The notes under the pieces: generated by a model | The model's input: only the letters and a program-made list of their open reading frames with translations | Database searches by the model: none | What the model was told of the DNA's origin: nothing | Made by a program: the position numbers and the translations under genes | NCBI GenBank assembly: GCA_003601695.1 | Contig: PIYH01000002.1 | Coordinates: 1-46,706 of the forward strand | Direction of reading: 5' to 3' | DNA: 46,706 nt | Origin: Candidatus Bathyarchaeota archaeon | GTDB taxonomy: Archaea > Thermoproteota > Bathyarchaeia > Bathyarchaeales > DTEX01 | Shown: in pieces, positions 1 to 9,883 of the stretch | How positions within the stretch are numbered: the first letter of the stretch is position 1 | Layout of the letters: the number at the start of each line of letters is the position of its first letter

Positions 1-112
1 TCTCAAGCAAGTGATAGATTGTATAGTTCTTGAAGGCTTCCGCGGTTATTTCGAGGATGCTCTCTACATCTTCAGGCTTTGCTTTTCGAATGATAACTTT
101 GGACTCAATCAA
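1..112 (-). CDS. GNAT-family N-acetyltransferase, N-terminal part (runs off window edge)
   Basis: Not in ORF track. Manual translation from TTG at 112 gives MIESKVIIRKAKPEDVESILEITAEAFKNYTIYHLLE, with the typical GNAT start IRKAxxED..I..I...AF; GGTG upstream. Confidence 0.7.
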   Translation of the reverse strand, partial: MIESKVIIRKAKPEDVESILEITAEAFKNYTIYHLLE

Positions 113-476
113 CTACTAACACCATACCTGAAAGACTTGTGTTACAAATCAACTCTCTGAGAAGAATAAAAGGTTTATTAGTAATTATCTGGGAAAGCTA
201 AACTGATGGATATTCATCGCATCAGTTGTCTAAGGCTTTTTATCCTTAAAGGGTTTAAAATCTTCACATGATGGATCGTCTACGTATCGGAATATTCCCT
301 TTAATCTACATCTTATCAGCGTGGGTGACGGATCTTCAGCATAGACGCATTCTCCACATGTTGGCATAAGAATAAAAGTGAAGATGAGATAGGTAACTCT
401 TTCTTTCATAAGAAGATCCAGAAGTTTTTAACCCAAATTTTTTATGCATATTTCTCATACCAAATTAGGGATAAAG

Positions 477-632
477 ATGATAAAGATAGATGATGTGATT
501 CTCCTAATTTTGATAATCGCTATAGTCGCCTTATCTTTAGGATTAACTTACGAGACCCAATATGATAACATAATAGGTATAATTGCTTCAGCATTAGCTG
601 TAGGGCTTATTCTTGGGAGAAAGAGAAGATAG
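477..632 (+). CDS. Small membrane protein with two predicted TM helices
   Basis: ORF 444..632, probable start ATG 477. Two hydrophobic stretches and a basic tail (GRKRR). Confidence 0.55.
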   Translation: MIKIDDVILLILIIAIVALSLGLTYETQYDNIIGIIASALAVGLILGRKRR

Positions 633-687
633 CATTACGTTAAATGATACTTCGGAGCATTAAGCGAATAAAATAGTTCGTCGTTTT

Positions 688-2064
688 TTAGTGATACATA
701 AGCTTATCCTCGTATCTCCTCAGGTGATCTGTTGCTTCTTGAACATCCATGAAGAGAGAATCGACGCGATTCACATCCTCAAGCACTATGGAATTATGCT
801 TTTGAATTTTAGCGTTCTGAGATGCGAGGCTGAGGAGCTGCACAGCATATCTCAGTGAAGTCTTCGACCCTATCTCCGTGAGCCTCTCTAAGGCTTCCTC
901 GTCAATTGTAACTTTCTCCTCCCTAGCTCTGATCCTCAGAATCTCCCTTATGCTGTCTTTATCATACTCATGCGTAGCTATAATGACAGCTCTATCTATA
1001 AGATCTAATGGGAACCCCATAGGAGATCTTACATCCGTTCCACGAATGGTGGTGATTCCCCTATTCGTGGCGAGGATTATTATTGGCACCAGCTCGCTCT
1101 CTAACGCTCTGCCGAGGAAGCTGAAAGCTTCAAGATCTAGGAGATGACTGTCATCAATGAAGAGAACACCGGGATGAATGAAAGCTTTTCCTTCATCTAC
1201 GAGTTTCTTAACAGAATCGTCTACTGTCGCTCTTATCTCCGGATCAATCTCCTTTGTCTCTGATCCTCCCAGCAGAAGGGAGAAAAGACTGCCTCCCATA
1301 CGGCGCTGAGCCTGAATCTCATCCATATCGTGCAGTGTTAGTGTGTAAACGAACTCCTTCTCCTTTAGCACATCGCCATCTGGACGCGGTACCTTTTGAC
1401 GCGTATCTACATCATAGGTTTTGCCCTTACTGCTCTCGATGCTTAATCCGAGATTAACGACCCTTCCAGTCTCAGCGTCGATCTGAATTACGCTTCCCTC
1501 GGTTATCCCTTGCTGTATTATCTGCTGTGCAATCGAGGCTCCGGCTTCTATGGTCTTCTCCTGCTTCTTCGTCCTCAGAGTTAAACGTATACTTTCCGGT
1601 ACTTTCTGATAGGGGTTGTAGGGATGCGGGGCGGTGTGAATGTCGATGCCCGTCACCTCGCCCTCATAGACTTTTCTCATCTCATGTATCTCTACTCCGA
1701 TGCATTTTCTTATAGCCTCAATTAGAACTTCGGTCTTCTTCTTTTCGGTACTATAGATCTCGCTTCCGCTCATTTGAATGAAGGGAACATTAGAGCCTAG
1801 CTCACGTGAAATAGCAACTGCTATAGCCGTTTTTCCAGTTCCCGGAGGTCCAGCTAATATGACAACCCTTCCGCTCATCTTTCCCTCCTTTATCATCTGC
1901 ACTACAAGCCCTGCTGCCTCGCGAGCTTTTTCTTGACCAACCATTCCATCCTTAACTTTGACGGCTTTCATATTCTCGTCTAAGCCAAGCCCCTTAATGT
2001 GAGTATGGGCTCCTATTCTTTCGAACCGTGTGATACGTGTTGGAACCTCCCGAATATCCGCCAT
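688..2064 (-). CDS. tip49: TIP49/RuvB-like AAA+ ATPase (RuvBL1/2 homolog)
   Basis: ERIGAHTHIKGLGL, GMVGQEKAREAAG, Walker A GPPGTGKT, GSEIYS, PGVLFIDDSH, ILATNRG, TSLRYAVQLL are TIP49 family signatures. Confidence 0.95.
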   Translation of the reverse strand: MADIREVPTRITRFERIGAHTHIKGLGLDENMKAVKVKDGMVGQEKAREAAGLVVQMIKEGKMSGRVVILAGPPGTGKTAIAVAISRELGSNVPFIQMSGSEIYSTEKKKTEVLIEAIRKCIGVEIHEMRKVYEGEVTGIDIHTAPHPYNPYQKVPESIRLTLRTKKQEKTIEAGASIAQQIIQQGITEGSVIQIDAETGRVVNLGLSIESSKGKTYDVDTRQKVPRPDGDVLKEKEFVYTLTLHDMDEIQAQRRMGGSLFSLLLGGSETKEIDPEIRATVDDSVKKLVDEGKAFIHPGVLFIDDSHLLDLEAFSFLGRALESELVPIIILATNRGITTIRGTDVRSPMGFPLDLIDRAVIIATHEYDKDSIREILRIRAREEKVTIDEEALERLTEIGSKTSLRYAVQLLSLASQNAKIQKHNSIVLEDVNRVDSLFMDVQEATDHLRRYEDKLMYH

Positions 2065-2174
2065 GTACTTCCCCCTCCATTAATAGAATTTAGAAAATCG
2101 AGAAAATTAAGAATTACTGAAAAGAGTCTAAAGAAAAAATATTTATCTGTTATTGGCACGTCTCATTAGAAGGG

Positions 2175-2480
2175 TTATTCTTCCTTTTTTAGTGACTCAA
2201 TTATTTTTACGATATCCTCAGTACTTCGCCCCAATTTTAACTTGATATACGTTAAGGTGTCTCGCTCGGAGGGTTCATGCTTCTTCTTTCTTTCTTCTAT
2301 GATCGACTCCTTCATTGGAGTTTCATGCGTCTTAACTTCAAGCCTTTCGACAACTTCTCTGAGATCTTTGGAGACCCTCTCTAGCTTTTCAACTATTGCA
2401 TTAAGGTTTTTTTCGTGTTCCATCAATGTATTTATTAGGAGATCTAAGTAGCTCGCTCTTCCCTTCTCTTCCGAGCTCAT
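2175..2480 (-). CDS. Hypothetical coiled-coil protein
   Basis: 101 aa; heptad-like N-terminal half (LINTLMEHEKNLNAIVEKLERV); purine-rich RBS upstream. Confidence 0.7.
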   Translation of the reverse strand: MSSEEKGRASYLDLLINTLMEHEKNLNAIVEKLERVSKDLREVVERLEVKTHETPMKESIIEERKKKHEPSERDTLTYIKLKLGRSTEDIVKIIESLKKEE

Positions 2481-2673
2481 GTATCCTTCTTCCCTTTAGA
2501 CTTGAATGATCTTTATCAAATCTCCCCTATTTAAACTATTTATGAACCTCTGAGCTTGATGTTGAATTATGCTCTATGTTGCATAAGTAACATACTTATC
2601 AGCAGTTTTCACTCTTCATAGATATGAAGAAACCATATCATTATTCCGTTATGATTAGCTATACCATATCTAG

Positions 2674-3279
2674 GTGAAAGTCTTGACTAAACGGCTAGAG
2701 ACATTACCCAGAAGGTTCTATGAGAGGGATCCCGAAGTTGTCGCTAAGAGTCTTTTAGGTAAGATCCTGATAAGAAAGACCGGAGGTAAAAGACTAAGCG
2801 GGATGATTGTTGAGACAGAAGCATATTACGGTCCTGAGGATCCGGCTTCCCGCGCCTCAGATGGCATGAAGAACTTTAATAGGCTTATGTGGCTTAAACC
2901 CGGCGTAGCCTTCATCTACAACGTCCATAAGTATTGGATGTTCAATATCGTCGCCCATGAACTTGGAAAGGTCGGGGCAGTTCTAGTGAGGGCGATAGAG
3001 CCGTTTGAGGGAATTGATATTATGAGAAGAAACAGAGGCATTGGAGATGAGAAGATTGTTAATCTGACGAATGGTCCTGGAAAGTTCACCGTTGCATTTG
3101 GAATTGATAAGAAACTAAACGGAGTCGACGTCACATCCCAGAAAAGCCCAATTTTCATTCTTGATAGACATATTCATGTTAGAATTTCAAGCTCAAAGAG
3201 GATAGGTGTGAGAGCAGATTTAGAGAAGAATCTACGCTTCTACATTCAGGGAAACAGATTCGTCTCAAAATCTGGTTGA
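2674..3279 (+). CDS. mpg: DNA-3-methyladenine glycosylase (MPG/AAG family)
   Basis: FYER..VAKSLLGK, GMIVETEAY.GPEDPAS, AVLVRAIEP, LTNGPGK, RIGV, RFY motifs. Confidence 0.93.
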   Translation: MKVLTKRLETLPRRFYERDPEVVAKSLLGKILIRKTGGKRLSGMIVETEAYYGPEDPASRASDGMKNFNRLMWLKPGVAFIYNVHKYWMFNIVAHELGKVGAVLVRAIEPFEGIDIMRRNRGIGDEKIVNLTNGPGKFTVAFGIDKKLNGVDVTSQKSPIFILDRHIHVRISSSKRIGVRADLEKNLRFYIQGNRFVSKSG

Positions 3280-3281
3280 AA

Positions 3282-4394
3282 TTAGATCTTCCAGTTGAGA
3301 TTCACATTTTTCATGTCAGCGTATATCTTGATTATGCTAGCGATTATTATGAGAAGCCAGAGGGGTGAATAGATTATGTAGAAGATGATGAACTCGGCTG
3401 GATTGAATACAAAGCCTATCTTCCTCGCAACGACATAGAAGAATGCCGAATAGGCTCCTAAGCTCCCGATCATAAAGGACAGATTCTTCACGAAAACGAT
3501 TGATGTAGACGTGAATGCTGTAGGCGGAAGGAATAGGCTTACCTGAGTTGATAGGAGGAGCATGAAGATGTATAATCCTTTGACATATAGATCGTCGGGA
3601 ACAAAGACGGTAAATAGGAAGAATGGGAGAGTGGGAAACATCATTAGAAGTGAGGGTAGGAGAACCTCAGGATACTCCTTAACGATCCTAACTATATCGT
3701 GAAGATACTCCTTAAGCCATAAGGCGCTTCCAATACCCCAGCGTTTTCTTTGTTCAAACCATTTCCTCCAGGAAGAGGGAGCCTTAGTGCTTATGCTTAT
3801 ATCCTTCAAGAATTTATAGCTTAAACCTTCCATAAACGCCCTTGTAGCGAGGTCCACATCCTCGAGGTTTACGCGTCTAAATCCGCCTAGCTTATTGAAT
3901 GCTTCTCTCCTTATAGCGAATGCGGCTCCATTCAAGCCCAGACATTTTTTTAGATTATGCGAAAAAAGAAGATTAGTCAGATTAAAGCTTAAGTAATCGT
4001 AGCTGACAATCCTCGCGATGAAGGAGTCACGTATGACCTTCTTTTTCATCTCAACTATGTCTGCATCTTTGATCTCCTCGGCGATTCTTCGGAGGAAATC
4101 TTTTGACTCTCCATCTATCCTGCAGTCGGAGTCAAGGAATAAAAGAATCTCACCATGAGATTTATCTACAAGTTCATTGAGAACATTTGCCTTTCCTCTT
4201 CTCTCCCCATTACAGATGAAGTATACGCAATCTGAAAACTCTCTCACTATGCTGAAACTCTTCTCTGTCGGTTCATCTATAACTACAAATATCTCCTTCT
4301 TCTCATATGGGTCATCTAGAAGCCGCTCTAGTAAAGGTTTAAGAAGATCAGATTCTCTATACACGGGTATAAATATACTTAATGTAGGTAACAT
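3282..4394 (-). CDS. GT2 glycosyltransferase with C-terminal TM helices (QxxRW type)
   Basis: IPVYRE, GKA, FLDSD (DxD), GAAFAIRR, LED, QRKRW, followed by a hydrophobic C-terminus. Confidence 0.88.
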   Translation of the reverse strand: MLPTLSIFIPVYRESDLLKPLLERLLDDPYEKKEIFVVIDEPTEKSFSIVREFSDCVYFICNGERRGKANVLNELVDKSHGEILLFLDSDCRIDGESKDFLRRIAEEIKDADIVEMKKKVIRDSFIARIVSYDYLSFNLTNLLFSHNLKKCLGLNGAAFAIRREAFNKLGGFRRVNLEDVDLATRAFMEGLSYKFLKDISISTKAPSSWRKWFEQRKRWGIGSALWLKEYLHDIVRIVKEYPEVLLPSLLMMFPTLPFFLFTVFVPDDLYVKGLYIFMLLLSTQVSLFLPPTAFTSTSIVFVKNLSFMIGSLGAYSAFFYVVARKIGFVFNPAEFIIFYIIYSPLWLLIIIASIIKIYADMKNVNLNWKI

Positions 4395-4551
4395 GGCATT
4401 AATTTAATTTCAAGTTATTAATTTATAAATTTATTCTGTATTTGGGAAAAAATTTGAATTCTCTATAGAACACCTATTTAGTATTATTATTGCTAAATAA
4501 AACTTAAGAGAATGCTACTCTAAGATAAACATCCGCTGAGAGGATGAAGCT

Positions 4552-5360
4552 ATGATTAGCGAAGATTTGAATGCTTGTTCGCCGTTGATAAGAAGGCTCC
4601 AATATAGACTTCAAGAATTAAAGAAGTATCGAAGAATGTTCACTTGGCGCTTCTTTCAAGAAGAACTGCCAAGAGCCTTTGAAGCGGATTTTAACGATTC
4701 CTCATGAAGAGAAGCCAGTTTACCGATGATGCTTAATGTCAGGAAAGTGACGGATGGCTGAGATGCAGAGTTAAAGTTCCCGTGGAGATTAATGGAATAA
4801 GCACTGCAGGGTCTCAAGTAAAGTTCTTTTCCTTTCCAATTCTAGGGAAGACAGAGGTCTTCGTCAATTCAAGAAGAGTTCTCACAGCTAGTTATTGAGC
4901 TGAGTTTAGAGAGCCAAAGATTATCCTAACTATGAACGCGCAACCTAACGAGGAATATGTGATTACTATTCATGTCAACAAGAATGAGAAATATGAAACG
5001 GTGAATATTCCGGCATACGAGATTAATCATCCATTAGAGGCAGTAGTTGTATTGAATCCATCAGCAATTGAAGGCTTTAGACCGTAGGAATACAGTTTCT
5101 GGAGATTGTTTCAATGAACATCGTTGTTTCAGGAATTAAGACCGCTGAGGATTCTAAAGGTTTCATTGTCGGGATATATGATGCGACAGGTGACGGCGCT
5201 AAAGCTGAATTGATTAGTAAATTTAAGATTAAAAGAGCTTATGAAATAGATTTACTTGAGAGGAATATTAAACCTTTACGCGTTGAAAGAGGAAAGGTAA
5301 TTAGTTGATCTCTCTCCATTCGAAATAAAGACTATAAGGATTGAAGAAGAGATATTTTAA
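4552..5360 (+). pseudogene. Degraded GH38 alpha-mannosidase-like gene, catalytic core deleted
   Basis: Manual translation: MISEDL...WRFFQEE..RAFEADFNDSS* (TGA 4705), frameshift, GWLRCRVKVP...Y* (TGA 4896)...AYEINHPL...RP* (TAG 5085) EYSF, frameshift, NIVVSGIKTAED.KGFIVGIYD...EIDLLER, frameshift, VDLSPFEIKTIRIEEEIF*. The last parts match the GH38 C-terminal beta-sandwich. Confidence 0.72.
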
Positions 5361-5365
5361 TCCCT

Positions 5366-6388
5366 TCAAGGCTTAACCAGCACCTTCACGGCGCCCTCAA
5401 GCTTCTTCTCTGCAATCTCAAAGGCTCTATGAATCTCTTCAAGTTTGAAGACGTGGCTTATTAGAGGTTTCAGTCTCACCATCCCAGAGACCGCTATCCT
5501 AACTGCCCTTTGGAAGGTAAATGGGCTCCGATAAGACGTCGTTACAGTCAGTTCCTTATCATAGAGCTCGAAGGGCTTAACTTCCCATATAGCTTCCTGA
5601 GGAGAGACCCCGAAGATCAAAAGCCTCCCTCCTCTTCTCGTAGCCCTCATTGCTTGCGTTATGGCCTTCGGGCTGCCTACCGCTTCTATGGCGACATCAA
5701 CTCCATAGCCATCTGTCAGTTTCCTAATTGCTTCAATAGGGTCTTCATTCTTTATATTCACCACGTAATCGGCTCCAAGTTTGCTGGCTAATTTAAGTCT
5801 CGCATCCTCCATGTCGGTCTGGATAATCATCGATGCTCCAGCTTGCTTTGCGAGTTGAAGTAGAATCAGCCCAACGGGTCCAGCGCCCACTATTGCCACC
5901 GCATCACCGGCTCTTATGCCAGCTTGATCTATACCCCTCACGCAACACGCTAAAGGCTCGATTAAGGCAGCTTCGTCTAGGTTGAATTCCCGAGGCACCT
6001 TGTAGATGTTAGATTCTCTCGCCTTCACGTACTCTGCGAACGCACCGTTAATCGTTACTCCTATAGCCTCAAGATTCTCGCAGAAGTAGTTTCTTTCAGA
6101 CAGACGACAGAAGTAACATGATCCGCAAGTTATGTTCGGCTCGACAACGACTGGGTCTCCGACGCTTAAGCTCTTTACATCGCGCCCGATCTCCGCGATT
6201 ATTCCAGAGAATTCGTGGCCTAAGATGATAGGCGTTTTAGTGCTCCACTCTCCCCTGAAGATGTGGATATCCGTCCCGCATATTCCCGTAGCGTTAACTC
6301 TAATCAAGACCTCATCAGCTGAGGGTTTCGGATCAGGCACCTCTTCAAGCCTTAAATCTTTTACTCCATAAAAAACCGCAGCATGCAT
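5366..6388 (-). CDS. Zn-dependent medium-chain (polyol/sugar) dehydrogenase
   Basis: GICGTD, GHE, structural Zn C..C..C.......C, EPLAC, GAGPVG. Confidence 0.92.
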   Translation of the reverse strand: MHAAVFYGVKDLRLEEVPDPKPSADEVLIRVNATGICGTDIHIFRGEWSTKTPIILGHEFSGIIAEIGRDVKSLSVGDPVVVEPNITCGSCYFCRLSERNYFCENLEAIGVTINGAFAEYVKARESNIYKVPREFNLDEAALIEPLACCVRGIDQAGIRAGDAVAIVGAGPVGLILLQLAKQAGASMIIQTDMEDARLKLASKLGADYVVNIKNEDPIEAIRKLTDGYGVDVAIEAVGSPKAITQAMRATRRGGRLLIFGVSPQEAIWEVKPFELYDKELTVTTSYRSPFTFQRAVRIAVSGMVRLKPLISHVFKLEEIHRAFEIAEKKLEGAVKVLVKP

Positions 6389-6619
6389 CTCTCATTTCTC
6401 CCCGTAATTGTTGTGAAAATTATCCTAATATTGTTAATGATGATAAATCGTAAATCCTTATTAGTTAAAGGCTGTTAATATTTCATGCCGGATGACGAGA
6501 AGGCATTTGATTGAGTTTGGATGATAGATCAGAGTTAAACGGACGGCAATAGATGATAAATCTTCTGGCATAAAAAGGGGATTCTTGAGCGTTTTAGACG
6601 AGATGTTCCGCGATATACA

Positions 6620-7390
6620 TCATCCTTTTTCGTATGGCTTGGGAATTATACTTCTTCTAGGAGTAGATCGTTCTATCTCCTCCAGCTTACGGAAAGTTTC
6701 CTTTACATATTCAGCGATCTTCTCCGCTCGTGTCTCAATGATTTTCTTACCCTTTTCCTTCGAAGCTCGGCTGGCTAATCCCCAAGGTCCATACTTAGTT
6801 ACTCCCTTCATACCCACATAGTCTAGATACTCTTGCGTCGCGTCTGGAACACAGTCGACAATTTTATCCTTCCTAACCCATTTCTCATTTAGGTAGAGCA
6901 TGCATGAAGTCTCATGTTCGCCTGCATGAACATCAACTGGCTTCTTACCCATAGGGCCTCCATGTATAACTTTTAGGTCGGGATACTCTAGGTTCAGCTC
7001 CCTTATGGTTGGCTTTATTATCCAGTTTCCTCCATGACCGGAGATTATCACAATCTTCTTTATGCCATGCAAGTAGAGGGATAAGACAATATCCCTTATC
7101 GTCTGAGCTAAAGTTGAAGGCCTTATACTCACCGTTCCGCAGAACTCCAGATGCTCCTGTGAGTTACTATATGGTATAGCGGGTAAAAGGTAGCAGTTTC
7201 CTATCTTCTCAGCCAGCCTCTTGGCGACTTCCTGAACGATTATCCAGTCTGTTCCCAGCGGTAGATGTGGGCCGTGTTGCTCAATTGAGCCTACTGGCAG
7301 AATTGCAGTGTCAATCTTAGCCTCTTCAAGTTCCTTCGAAGTATTATATACTGTTAGAATCTTATTTTCTGAATTCTTCATGCTTTTCAT
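6620..7390 (-). CDS. Creatininase/amidohydrolase family protein
   Basis: LPVGSIEQHGPHLPLGTD, SGHGGN, HAGEHETS. Confidence 0.92.
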   Translation of the reverse strand: MKSMKNSENKILTVYNTSKELEEAKIDTAILPVGSIEQHGPHLPLGTDWIIVQEVAKRLAEKIGNCYLLPAIPYSNSQEHLEFCGTVSIRPSTLAQTIRDIVLSLYLHGIKKIVIISGHGGNWIIKPTIRELNLEYPDLKVIHGGPMGKKPVDVHAGEHETSCMLYLNEKWVRKDKIVDCVPDATQEYLDYVGMKGVTKYGPWGLASRASKEKGKKIIETRAEKIAEYVKETFRKLEEIERSTPRRSIIPKPYEKG

Positions 7391-7487
7391 CTCGAGACTA
7401 ACAAGCCTATAAGGGACCTATATATGTATTGTTGAATAAGACGTTAAAGGCTACTAGAACCAAAAAATAGGAAGAATGATTGAAAGT

Positions 7488-8540
7488 TTACTCTATCACT
7501 ATCTTCTCCCATTTTCCAGCCTTTACCGATCTGTAACACGCGTCAAGTATGCAGTTTACGATGTATCCGTCTCTGAATGTTTCACGAGGCTTTTCACCCC
7601 TCCCAATGCAGGATATGAAGTGCTGGAGCTCAGGTAAGTATCCGTATAGTTCATGTTCTCTCCATATCGGATACATCCATCCCCTCTTCGCCTCAGCCTT
7701 CTCTACGACGTATCCAACCTTCTCTTCAGGCGCTACTGTGAAGACTCTAATACCCGTCTCCCTAGTAGTATCTACGAAGATCGCACCGTCAGATCCATAT
7801 ATCTCAAACCTCAAGTCTAACCCTCCATGAGCGGCCCAGCTATTCTCAGCCTGACCTAGCTCTCCTCCCTCATACCTAACAAGCGCCACACTATTATCCT
7901 CCGCCTTAGTGTCATGAACTAGCGTGGCGCTCCACGCGCTTGCCTCCACAGGCTTCTTGCCGATCATGTATCTGGCGACTTCCACTGAATGACAACCCAT
8001 ATCCATAAGAGCTCCTCCTCCGGCAAGCTCAGGGTTCCAGAACCACGCTGAGTGAGGGCCGAAATGAGCTTCCCGGCTTCTTACCCAGAAGACCCTTCCG
8101 ATAGCGCCGTTTTCAATCATCTCTTTAACTCTTACAGTCTGCGGGAAGAAAACTTGGTTCTCAGCATAGCAATTGATCACGCCGTATCTTTCCACGGCAT
8201 CCAGCATAGCCTTCGCCTCGTCTACGCTACGCGCAAGTGGTTTCTCACAGATAATATGCTTACCGTTCTCAGCTGCTATCTCAGCTGCTTTCCTGTGTAG
8301 GAAATTCGGTAATCCAATGTCTATTACGTCTATTTCGGGATCCGAGCATGCCTTCTCGATGAAGTCATCACCCGAATAAACCTTCTTAACTCCGAATTTC
8401 CTAGCAACCTCCTCAGCTCGCTCCTTTCTCCTTCCAGCGATAGCCAGCACGTTTGCCTCAGCTATCTCCTTGTATGATGGAAGGTGAAAAGTTTCTTGAA
8501 CAAAGCCGTAACCGAGTACCCCGACATTCACTTTCCTCAT
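7488..8540 (-). CDS. Gfo/Idh/MocA oxidoreductase
   Basis: GVLGYG Rossmann motif, PNFLH, ICEKP, GGGALMDMGCH. Confidence 0.92.
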   Translation of the reverse strand: MRKVNVGVLGYGFVQETFHLPSYKEIAEANVLAIAGRRKERAEEVARKFGVKKVYSGDDFIEKACSDPEIDVIDIGLPNFLHRKAAEIAAENGKHIICEKPLARSVDEAKAMLDAVERYGVINCYAENQVFFPQTVRVKEMIENGAIGRVFWVRSREAHFGPHSAWFWNPELAGGGALMDMGCHSVEVARYMIGKKPVEASAWSATLVHDTKAEDNSVALVRYEGGELGQAENSWAAHGGLDLRFEIYGSDGAIFVDTTRETGIRVFTVAPEEKVGYVVEKAEAKRGWMYPIWREHELYGYLPELQHFISCIGRGEKPRETFRDGYIVNCILDACYRSVKAGKWEKIVIE

Positions 8541-8748
8541 TCATAAATCACCAATACAATGTAAACAGATAAAATATTTTTTAATTTCCCCCATTAGCCA
8601 CAAGACGGCTTCTCTATAAAAATTTTTCCACGACACAAAATGATCAAGATTCAGTTTCGCTTAAAAAGTTAACAGTAGCGGAAGCTAATAATGCTAAGAA
8701 GAAAACGTGATATCTTTAAAAGGCATCATGTCATTTTAAAGATTTAGA

Positions 8749-9315
8749 ATGAATCTTTCAGTTGAGAAAGAAAGACTCGCAAGCCTCGGATTAAAAATTT
8801 TCAGATTCTCAGAAATTTCAAAGATGAGAAATAAAAGAGGAACATACACGTTGATGATCTATATTAATTCACCGCTCTCACTGAAGATCGGAGGGTTAGG
8901 TATAGCTAATCTTAACACTGGCTACTATACGTATACGGGGTCGGCGCTGGGAAGAGGACCCTCCAGCCTCGCTGGGCGGATCTCCAGACATCTCAGATCC
9001 GAAAAGAAGAGAAGATGGCATATAGACTACTTGCTGAGAAACGGCGAATCGGAGATCGAAGCTGTTTTGGCGTTGCTATCTAGGAGGAGGCTAGAATGCG
9101 AGGTGAATCAACATCTAATAAGTCTTCTTAGACCGAAGATGCCGATTCTAGGTTTTGGTTCTTCGGACTGCATTAGTGGATGTAAAAGTCATCTCCTATA
9201 CTTCGGGAAAAGAGATAATCTGCTGAGCGAAATGGCAGAAATATATCTGCAGAGAGGGAAGGATAATGTTTTCGCGCTTCTTAAAGACGAAGCGTGGTCT
9301 CCAAATCGCAATTAG
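8749..9315 (+). CDS. GIY-YIG (DUF123/Uri-type) nuclease-family protein; start may be ATG 8824
   Basis: GTYTL, GYYTYTGSA, RISRH, KRRWHIDYL, EC, GFGSSDC..GCKSHL. Confidence 0.85.
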   Translation: MNLSVEKERLASLGLKIFRFSEISKMRNKRGTYTLMIYINSPLSLKIGGLGIANLNTGYYTYTGSALGRGPSSLAGRISRHLRSEKKRRWHIDYLLRNGESEIEAVLALLSRRRLECEVNQHLISLLRPKMPILGFGSSDCISGCKSHLLYFGKRDNLLSEMAEIYLQRGKDNVFALLKDEAWSPNRN

Positions 9316-9751
9316 AGAAGCTAGATTGAATGATCTGGATGAAATTTATAAAATTGAGACTGAATGCTTTGCTGAGGAAGCCTTCACCCGTATACAGCTC
9401 GAATATTGCTTAAGATCGCCGCTCTTCATAACGTTGATCGCCGAGATTAACGATGAACCAGTTGGGTTTATCATGGGGACTATCGAGGATATCAACGGTG
9501 AGATAAATGGACATGTCTATACGGTCGATGTGAAGCGTGAATTTAGAAGAATGAATGTAGGATCAGCGCTTTTGAAGTTCTTAGAAGAGGAGTTTCTCTG
9601 CAGAGGAGCGCGAAGAGCAGTGTTAGAGACCCGTTTTGACAACATAGATGCTATGAAGCTTTACTTAAAGCATGGCTATAGCCAAGTGGGAATAATCAAA
9701 GATTATTATGGTCCTGGTTTAGATGCCGTTAGGTTCAGGAAGGATCTGTGA
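9266..9751 (+). CDS. rimI: RimI-like GNAT N-acetyltransferase
   Basis: IREA...DLDEIYKIE, GHVYTVDV..EFRR, LETRFDN..A.KLY.K.GY, DYY..G.DA. Confidence 0.82.
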   Translation: MFSRFLKTKRGLQIAIREARLNDLDEIYKIETECFAEEAFTRIQLEYCLRSPLFITLIAEINDEPVGFIMGTIEDINGEINGHVYTVDVKREFRRMNVGSALLKFLEEEFLCRGARRAVLETRFDNIDAMKLYLKHGYSQVGIIKDYYGPGLDAVRFRKDL

Positions 9752-9883
9752 GAAAAATGGGAATAGCCTCTTAGATTCGGGTGTTTTTCCCAAGAATATC
9801 AGATTCAACAAATTCTATCTGCATGATTATTCTAAAAGAATAAAAAAGACAACTATATTCAGAAGATATCACTAAGCTATGAA

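Noticed and set aside
5114..5308. 64-aa ORF as an independent gene
   Set aside because: It is a fragment of the GH38 pseudogene.
6437..6535. Possible C/D-box sRNA (ATGATGA at 6437, ATGACGA near 6492)
   Set aside because: No properly spaced CTGA D box or terminal stem.
8749..9315. GIY-YIG protein as a homing endonuclease or mobile element
   Set aside because: It matches the cellular DUF123 type; no intron, intein or flanking repeats seen.
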